Positions 57,019 through 64,000 of a stretch of 64,000 nt of DNA are shown here, one piece after another. The stretch is taken from contig JALTXX010000003.1 in assembly GCA_027046625.1 (NCBI GenBank), positions 10,378 to 74,377 on the forward strand. Direction: 5' to 3'. The position numbers and the translations under genes were made by a program. Within the stretch, counting starts at the first letter, position 1; the number at the start of each line of letters is the position of its first letter. Under the pieces are notes generated by a model. The model had not been told where the DNA came from, searched no databases, and saw only the letters and a program-made list of their open reading frames with translations. The stretch comes from Candidatus Micrarchaeota archaeon (GTDB lineage Archaea; Iainarchaeota; Iainarchaeia; JAADDC01).

Positions 57019-59901
57019 ATGGACAAATACACTGATTTTTCCTCTCAGAACGAAGAAAAGGTTCAATCCTTTTGGGAAGAAAATAAAGTTTATGAGGAGT
57101 TAAAGCGCAGGAGGAGAGGTTCCAAACCCTTCTTCTTTATGGATGGCCCTCCCTATGCTACAGGAAGCATCCATCTGGGAACGGCCTGGAACAAGATCCT
57201 GAAGGATGCATACATTCGTTTCTACCGCATGGAGGGTTACGACGTATATGACAGGCCAGGCTATGATGTGCATGGCGTTCCTATAGAGAACAAAGTGGAA
57301 AAGGAGCTGAACATTTCAGGAAAGAAAGATATAGAGGAAAAGATAGGTATCCAGAGATTTGTGGAGCTGTGTAAAGCCTATGCTACCGAACACATTGACC
57401 TCATGAATAGGCAGTTCAAAAATTTGGGAGTGTGGATGGATTGGGACAACTACTATGTAACTATGGACAGAGAGTATATAAATGCTGCTTGGTGGACCTT
57501 CAAGGCAGCAGAGAGGAAAGGCCTCCTCTATAGAGGGAAATATCCTGTTCATGTATGCCCCCACTGTGGTACTGTTGTCTCGTTTGCAGAAATAGAGTAT
57601 AAAGAGCTAGAAGATCCATCCATTTATGTAGCTTTTCCTACAAAGGAAGGTTTTCATCTTCTGATTTGGACTACAACACCATGGACACTCCCTGCAAATG
57701 TAGCGGTGATGGTACATCCGAAGGAAACGTATGTAAGGGTGGAAGTGGATGGAAAGGTTTATGTTCTTGCGGAGAAAAGGCTAGAAGATGTGGCCAAGGA
57801 GTTAGGATGGAAGGATTACAAGGTAATAGAATCCTTCCCTGGAAGCAAGCTAGAAGGATTGGAGTATGAGAGCCCATTGAAGGAGGAAGTACCCATCCAG
57901 AACTTTCCACACAGAGTAGTACTATCAGAAAGGTTTGTTACCATGGAAGAGGGTACAGGCCTTGTACATACTGCTCCTGGACACGGAAGAGAAGATTTTA
58001 TAGTGGGAACTGAGTACAATCTACCTGTTTTATCTCCTGTGGGAATTGACGGAGTATATACCGAGGAGGCTGGTAAGTATAGGGGTATGTATGTGAAGGA
58101 AGCAGACAAGGTTATTATTGAGGATTTGAAAAAGAAAGGATTCCTTGTGGGAGAAGGTAGGATAAAACACCAGTATCCTGTGTGCTGGCGCTGCAAAACA
58201 CCCCTCCTATTTATCTCTGTAGACGAGTGGTTCTACGCAGTAGAACGTATAAGAGACAAGATATACGAAGAAAATGAAAAGGTGTACTGGTATCCTCCGT
58301 GGGCAAAGGATAGATTTGCAGATTGGATAAAGAATCTTAGAGACTGGCCTGTTTCCAGACAGCGATACTGGGGTACACCTGTACCTATCTGGATATGTGA
58401 AAAGTGTGGATATAGAGAGGTGTTATCCTCCCTTGAGGAATTGGAAGAAAAGAGCGGAAAGAAGGTAGAAGACCCCCATAGGCCGTGGATAGATAAGATT
58501 ACATACAGCTGTCCGAAGTGTGGGGGTGTGATGAGAAGAGTAGAGGATGTATTGGACGTATGGTTTGACTCAGGCATTACAACATGGGCAGCACTAGGGT
58601 ATCCCAAGAACAAGGAACTTTTTGAACGATACTGGCCTGCAGATTTAGAAATCGAAGGTGTTGATCAGATAAGGGGCTGGTGGAATTCCCAGATGATAAC
58701 GAGTGTGATTGTGTTTGATAGAGCCCCCTACAAGAGAGTGACTATGCATGGATTTGTGCTAGATGTGCATGGCATAAAGATGAGTAAGAGTCTAGGTAAC
58801 GTAGTAACACCAGAGGAGGTTATCCAAAGATATTCAAGGGACGTGCTAAGATTTTACCTGCTTCTACAGCCTCTAGGAGAGGATATGAATTTTGATTGGG
58901 AGAAGGTCAAGGATGCTTATAGGGATCTAAACATTATATGGAACCTTCACAACCTTTTGAAACGCTTCATAGAGCAGGAAAGACCCCATCTGGAGGAAGG
59001 CCTCACATCCTATAGAGCAATAGAAGATAAATGGATACTATCGAGGTTACATTCTGTTTTGAAGGAGGGGAGGGAGCTTATAGAAAAGTTACAGCACTTC
59101 AAAGCCTTGAAGTTGTATAGGGACTTCCTCGTAGAGGAGGTTAGCAAGACATACGTAAAGATGGTGAGAGACAGGATGAAAGGAGGAAAGAATGATCCTA
59201 ATAGATATGGGGCTTATGAAACACTCTATGAGATTATGAAGCACATGATACCAGCTCTGGCACCCTTTATCCCCCACATCTCTGAGATGATGTACCAAAA
59301 CATCTTACGTCCCTACTTAAAGGAAGTTAGTGTTCACCTGTTGTCTTATCCCAAACCTAAGGAACATCTCATGGACAAGTCTCTTGAAGAGAAGATGGAA
59401 AGGATGCTTTCTGCCGCAGAGGCAGTGTTTGCACTACGTCATGAGGTAGGTATTAGACTAAGATGGCCGGTTAGGTATGTATATGTGGAAGGTGTGGAGA
59501 TGGAAGACCTGAAAGATGTATTTTTGCGCTATGTGAATGCTAAGGAGTTAGGAGTGCCTGAAGATGAGGCCGTGTGCAAATCCTTTAACGGTGGGAAGGT
59601 ATGTATACCCAGGGAACTTGACAAGGAACTATTCCGAGAAGCCCTTGCAAGGGAGGTATTGAGAAGGATTCAACAAATGAGAAAAGAGCTATCCCTTCTT
59701 GAAAAGGATAGGATTGTATTGGAATTGTGGGGAGATAAAGAAATTGTAGAAGCTGTGGAATCTAATAGGGATCTCATTATGCAAAGAGGTGGAGTGAAGG
59801 ACCTAATCATTACGAATACCAGAACAGTAGAGGGACTAGAGAAGGAATTTGTAATAGAGGGTTACTATGTAAGAATAGTTATCACTCCCCTTTCCTCATA
59901 A
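57019..59901 (+). CDS. ileS: Isoleucyl-tRNA synthetase
   Basis: DGPPYATG..HLGT, WTTTPWTLPAN, GTGLVHTAPGHG, SRQRYWG, DQIRGW, KMSKS. Confidence 0.97.
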   Translation: MDKYTDFSSQNEEKVQSFWEENKVYEELKRRRRGSKPFFFMDGPPYATGSIHLGTAWNKILKDAYIRFYRMEGYDVYDRPGYDVHGVPIENKVEKELNISGKKDIEEKIGIQRFVELCKAYATEHIDLMNRQFKNLGVWMDWDNYYVTMDREYINAAWWTFKAAERKGLLYRGKYPVHVCPHCGTVVSFAEIEYKELEDPSIYVAFPTKEGFHLLIWTTTPWTLPANVAVMVHPKETYVRVEVDGKVYVLAEKRLEDVAKELGWKDYKVIESFPGSKLEGLEYESPLKEEVPIQNFPHRVVLSERFVTMEEGTGLVHTAPGHGREDFIVGTEYNLPVLSPVGIDGVYTEEAGKYRGMYVKEADKVIIEDLKKKGFLVGEGRIKHQYPVCWRCKTPLLFISVDEWFYAVERIRDKIYEENEKVYWYPPWAKDRFADWIKNLRDWPVSRQRYWGTPVPIWICEKCGYREVLSSLEELEEKSGKKVEDPHRPWIDKITYSCPKCGGVMRRVEDVLDVWFDSGITTWAALGYPKNKELFERYWPADLEIEGVDQIRGWWNSQMITSVIVFDRAPYKRVTMHGFVLDVHGIKMSKSLGNVVTPEEVIQRYSRDVLRFYLLLQPLGEDMNFDWEKVKDAYRDLNIIWNLHNLLKRFIEQERPHLEEGLTSYRAIEDKWILSRLHSVLKEGRELIEKLQHFKALKLYRDFLVEEVSKTYVKMVRDRMKGGKNDPNRYGAYETLYEIMKHMIPALAPFIPHISEMMYQNILRPYLKEVSVHLLSYPKPKEHLMDKSLEEKMERMLSAAEAVFALRHEVGIRLRWPVRYVYVEGVEMEDLKDVFLRYVNAKELGVPEDEAVCKSFNGGKVCIPRELDKELFREALAREVLRRIQQMRKELSLLEKDRIVLELWGDKEIVEAVESNRDLIMQRGGVKDLIITNTRTVEGLEKEFVIEGYYVRIVITPLSS

Positions 59902-61201
59902 GGGCGTAGAAGAATCCTATGGTTTTATGTCTGTGGGGCCACGCCCGCCTTGTACCCTTTAAGAAACCTTGTGAGTAAGGCTTTTCCAACTGTATAAGCT
60001 CTGCTTCTGTTTCTTTTAAGAACCATTCAACATTGTCCTCATTCTCCTCCTTGAATATAGAACATGTAGCATACAGAATTTTACCTCCCTCCTTTAGAAG
60101 CTTCCACCCAGCTATCAGAAGTTCTCTTTGAAGTTCAATAAATTCCTTTATATCACTCTCCTCCCTTATTCTCCATCTAAGCTCCGGATTCCTTTGCACG
60201 GTTCCAGAGGAGGTACAAGGAGCATCCAGCATAACCCTGTCTGCAATTCCTTCCCCTAGTGTTTTTGGCGCCTCTCTACCGTCCTCTATGATAATATCCA
60301 CTATATTAACTCCAGCCCTTTTGAGCAACTCCTTCATTCTTTCTACTCTTTTCTCGTTTATATCTATTGCATATATTTTCCCTCTGTTTTTCATAAGTTC
60401 AGCCATATGTTCTGTTTTACCTCCAGGAGCTGCTGCAAGATCTACAACAGTTTCTCCTGGCTGTGGATCGAGTATCAAAGATGCTGCCGCTGCTGCTTCC
60501 TCCTGCACGATGACCTTCCCCTCCTTAAAAGGCTTGAACCTCTCCAGGTCTAGGGAAGAGAATATTTTTACTACTGTGGGAACAACATCGCTCCACTCAT
60601 ATTTCACTCCCTTAAGAAAACGCTCAATCTCCTCCCTTGAGGATTTTAGAATATTTATTCTTAGTGTGAGAGGAGGAGGTGTATTAATATACTTCAAGAA
60701 TGCCTCAGTCTCCTCTCCCAGTAATTCCTTTACCTTCCTTGCGTAGAGAGGAGACACCTTGTAGGTTAGCATAAGTTGTTCCTCTTCACTTCCCGGCTTT
60801 AACTCTGTAGCTGCTAAGTTATCCCACTGCTCCCAGAAAAAGGTAGATGCATAGGGATGGGACCGTCTTCTGATTTCACCTGCCAGAACGCTTCTTGCTA
60901 GCTTTAGTTGCTTCTTTGATAAATCTCTTTCTCTAAGCAACTCTATAGCCAACCTTGTGGCATTTCTCAGGGTTTCATCTAGAAGGTATACATTTCTTAC
61001 CCCAGTAACACGTTCTATCATTCTATCGTATATACCAAGATTTCGCAAAATAGAATAGAAAACAGCTGTAGCAAACCTTTCTTCACCTTCTCTCATTTTG
61101 TATTTCCTAAAAGCCCGTCTCTTTGCATCTTGGCTAGGCTTTATTCTCTCTGCTAGTATAAGCGCATCTAACACTCCCTTTATGCTCTCTCTCAGAGACA
61201 T
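59882..61201 (-). CDS. RsmB/Fmu/NOP2-family RNA m5C methyltransferase
   Basis: DLAAAPGGKT, LDAPCTSSG, YATCS...ENE, GFFYA. Confidence 0.93.
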   Translation of the reverse strand: MSLRESIKGVLDALILAERIKPSQDAKRRAFRKYKMREGEERFATAVFYSILRNLGIYDRMIERVTGVRNVYLLDETLRNATRLAIELLRERDLSKKQLKLARSVLAGEIRRRSHPYASTFFWEQWDNLAATELKPGSEEEQLMLTYKVSPLYARKVKELLGEETEAFLKYINTPPPLTLRINILKSSREEIERFLKGVKYEWSDVVPTVVKIFSSLDLERFKPFKEGKVIVQEEAAAAASLILDPQPGETVVDLAAAPGGKTEHMAELMKNRGKIYAIDINEKRVERMKELLKRAGVNIVDIIIEDGREAPKTLGEGIADRVMLDAPCTSSGTVQRNPELRWRIREESDIKEFIELQRELLIAGWKLLKEGGKILYATCSIFKEENEDNVEWFLKETEAELIQLEKPYSQGFLKGTRRAWPHRHKTIGFFYALMRKGE

Positions 61202-62183
61202 ACTTCATCAACCTGTATAGACGTTTAAGGAGAAATCTTTTCTCTCTATCCTCTAGTCTTGCCCTATCTAGGAAGTTGCTCACCTCTTCCATAGCCCATG
61301 TGTCTACGAGATACGGGATTCCAACCTTTGTTCCAAAACCATAAGTATACAAAACAGGATCTTCCCACGATATGGGCACTCCATATATAATGTTTGCAAT
61401 GTATGCCAGTCCCCTAAGGGTGTTTGCTCCTATTCCATCTACCATTAGAAGCTGCTGAAAGTTTTCTACTTCCTTTGCAATGTAAAGAGCTCTCTCGTTT
61501 ATTTTCCTAGGTATTTTTAAATAGTAGGGCAGCTCTATCCTCTCTCCAAAAAGGGTTGTTTGCCCGGGAGCCATCTTTGAAAGGGTTATGACGGTGTAAG
61601 ATATCTTATTTGGAGGCATATCTTGGACGATGTCCACTATGGCTTCCTTTAACTCCTCATTCTTGTGGTTGAACACCAGAGCAGCTCTTCCCCTCCTCCC
61701 CTGAACTCTTTCATCCTCAAGCCAGTGATACCTTCTTGCCATTCTCTCTTCTATGTTCATACCTTGATTTATGATGGTTGCAAGATCCTCCGTATATACA
61801 ATACCATGGAAGTATATGCTGTATCCATCCTGAAAGGCTACACTATCAAACTTTAATGCTCTCTTCGAACGCTCTCTCCACTCAGAAGGCACTTCCACCT
61901 TTCCCTTACCTGCAACCACTTTAATAGGAGAGTCTCTGGGCAATCCTTCCATAAGTGCTTTCAGAGTTACGGTTGTGGCTCCTGAGAACTGCCACTCAAA
62001 CCCCATAAGAGAGGAGAATGTCTGAAACCATAGAGGATCACCAAAGCGTCTAACCGTCTCCTCTGCTCCGATTTCCTCGGCCATATAAAGTATTACTGCA
62101 GGTGCAAGTCTCCTGATGTACCTGTAGTGCCACACTGGTCCGCTGGCTAGCCTAAGTTCAGCCTCCCCCACCCTCACAACCAA
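61134..62183 (-). CDS. DUF763-family protein
   Basis: DPLWFQ...GFEW..SGATT, QDGY.IY.H, QGMN...ARRYHW, WEDP. Confidence 0.85.
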   Translation of the reverse strand: MVVRVGEAELRLASGPVWHYRYIRRLAPAVILYMAEEIGAEETVRRFGDPLWFQTFSSLMGFEWQFSGATTVTLKALMEGLPRDSPIKVVAGKGKVEVPSEWRERSKRALKFDSVAFQDGYSIYFHGIVYTEDLATIINQGMNIEERMARRYHWLEDERVQGRRGRAALVFNHKNEELKEAIVDIVQDMPPNKISYTVITLSKMAPGQTTLFGERIELPYYLKIPRKINERALYIAKEVENFQQLLMVDGIGANTLRGLAYIANIIYGVPISWEDPVLYTYGFGTKVGIPYLVDTWAMEEVSNFLDRARLEDREKRFLLKRLYRLMKYVSEREHKGSVRCAYTSRENKA

Positions 62184-62392
62184 TATTTTAGAGAACCTTC
62201 TTTTAACCTTGGCACAGCAACCTTCCTCTAATTCCCATGAAAATTTAACCCGTCTTTTAAAATAAGGATAAATCCTTTATTTTTGCTATTAGTGCAAATA
62301 ACCCTTTGTTTTGAGTCTATAACACTCCTTCAAGCTTAACTTCGTTTCTCTAACAAATCCGCCTCTATAACCACATTTTGAACACCCACATC
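62184..62392. promoter_or_regulatory. AT-rich non-coding region: candidate CRISPR leader and/or DUF763 promoter
   Basis: About 209 bp of AT-rich sequence, unusually long for this compact genome, abutting repeat 1. Confidence 0.5.
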
Positions 62393-64000
62393 ATTTCAAC
62401 CCCAGATTAGTCTGATTTGAACACGTAGACGAACCGATTTCTATAACGCTCGAAACAAAGTTTCAACCCCAGATTAGTCTGATTTGAACTAGCGGTCTAC
62501 CGGGCTCTCTATCTCATCGAGAAGCTCAATTTCAACCCCAAATTAGTCTGATTTGAACATAGACCTTGGGGTTCCCGTGGTGGTTTGAGTAGTTTCAACC
62601 CCAAATTAGTCTGATTTGAACGCGTTACAACGACGCTTATGGTGTTGGTGTCGGTCGTGTTTCAACCCCAAATTAGTCTGATTTGAACGGTAAGGGAGGT
62701 GGAGAACGATGAACCCGAAACTGTGTTTCAACCCCAAATTAGTCTGATTTGAACTTCTGAAATGAACAGAAATGAGTAATCCTGTTCAAAGTTTCAACCC
62801 CAAATTAGTCTGATTTGAACAAAGCCCCCAAACCCGCGCTCTTCTTTCAAAAATGAGTTTCAACCCCAAATTAGTCTGATTTGAACAAGGAGATACTCCT
62901 TGCTAGCTTGTTTAAAAAGCCCATCGTTTCAACCCCAAATTAGTCTGATTTGAACGGAAACGGAATTGGCTGGTTCCACTCGATTGTTAGACTCTGGTTT
63001 CAACCCCAAATTAGTCTGATTTGAACGGTGCAACAGCGCTCCACAGCAGGCTCGCACCTATACTGTTTCAACCCCAAATTAGTCTGATTTGAACTATGTG
63101 TTTCTTGCCTTAATGTACCCTTCCCTTTCAATTTCAACCCCAAATTAGTCTGATTTGAACAAGCAGTGTCGTATTCGTCTATGGGTTCTCTGACAAATTT
63201 CAACCCCAAATTAGTCTGATTTGAACACGGCCCTAGAAGAAAAGGGATACGTAGAAGTCAAGAATTTCAACCCCAAATTAGTCTGATTTGAACTGGAAAA
63301 GGCTGGATTCTTTGGCGAAAAGAGAAAGAATTTCAACCCCAAATTAGTCTGATTTGAACTTCGCTTTCTCCCCATGTTCCGCACCCCCACCTATCATTTC
63401 AACCCCAAATTAGTCTGATTTGAACTAGGTATGGGCTGTTCTACAGTCACGGGTTGTATTCCCATCGATTTCAACCCCAAATTAGTCTGATTTGAACGCT
63501 CGTTGTGTCCTCCTTTGGTACGTTCGCGTGGTATGTAATTTCAACCCCAAATTAGTCTGATTTGAACATGAGGCGATAAAGGAGTATTTGAAGAGGGAGT
63601 ATGAGACTATTTCAACCCCAAATTAGTCTGATTTGAACACGGCCGATGCTGGCCCCGTGTCAGGGGCCACTATCGATTTCAACCCCAAATTAGTCTGATT
63701 TGAACGGTTGGGGGAGGAAAACCAGAGGGTGGAAATCCCACCATCATTTCAACCCCAAATTAGTCTGATTTGAACCATGTTTTCTATTCCTTCATTGTAC
63801 TTTGTATATAGTATTTCAACCCCAAATTAGTCTGATTTGAACACCCGCGCGGGCGAAATAGAGCTTGAGGGGGGCGCTAATTTCAACCCCAAATTAGTCT
63901 GATTTGAACTATACCCTACAACATACAGGTAGGTTCCATCCGAACAATTTCAACCCCAAATTAGTCTGATTTGAACTAAAAAAACGTCTAGCTCTACAAC
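62393..64000. CRISPR. CRISPR array: 24 repeats of 30 bp (RTTTCAACCCCAAATTAGTCTGATTTGAAC), 23 complete spacers of 33-42 bp; runs off the window edge
   Basis: Repeats counted from 62393 to 63947-63976, with unique spacers. No cas gene in the window. Confidence 0.99.

Noticed and set aside
59882-62183. Genes next to the array as candidate cas genes
   Set aside because: They are recognisable as an RsmB-type methyltransferase and DUF763, with no Cas motifs.
62375-62383. ATTTTGAAC upstream of repeat 1 as a degenerate repeat
   Set aside because: Only 9 nt, and 9 nt from repeat 1, so the spacing is wrong for a repeat-spacer unit.
63000-63209. 69-aa ORF in the array
   Set aside because: Translation of CRISPR repeats and spacers.
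63568-63608. Spacer 18 resembling chromosomal sequence near 1357 and 43875 (self-targeting)
   Set aside because: Only about 12-13-nt purine-rich matches, consistent with composition. No full protospacer seen by eye.

Overview
This is an archaeal chromosome segment with dense, overlapping genes and GGAGG Shine-Dalgarno sites. It is probably from a thermophilic DPANN-like lineage. That is an inference from the unlinked, GC-rich, primer-divergent 16S gene, the AMP phosphorylase and the many class III signal-peptide pilins. Protein-coding content: a replication/translation cluster (RPA-like, two tandem PCNAs, PriL/PriX-like, PriS, GINS15, S27e, aIF2a, Nop10, PAC2); type IV pilus genes (two ATPases, two TadC-like proteins, an EppA-like peptidase, at least 10 pilin-like ORFs, three of them missing from the ORF track); a glycan locus (TagO/AglH-like, flippase, TagA/WecG, GT4, CsaB-like); a split class II ribonucleotide reductase whose second part appears to start at ACG; aminoacyl-tRNA synthetases, RFC, ABCE1, pelota and CCA enzyme. 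A CRISPR array with 24 visible repeats runs off the right edge, with no cas genes in the window. The most striking signal is non-coding. The 16S pre-rRNA leader contains a complete H/ACA-type hairpin whose pocket pairs with its own 16S around the 966-equivalent U (the m1acp3Psi site). The leader also has a C/D-like K-turn module with a guide to its own decoding site (A1408 equivalent), inside a perfect bulge-helix-bulge processing stem. A separate C/D sRNA, aimed at the equivalent of human Gm1490, sits 3 nt upstream of a compact type-M-like RNase P RNA at the end of a pilin operon. All pairings were worked out by eye; no database searches or folding programs were run.
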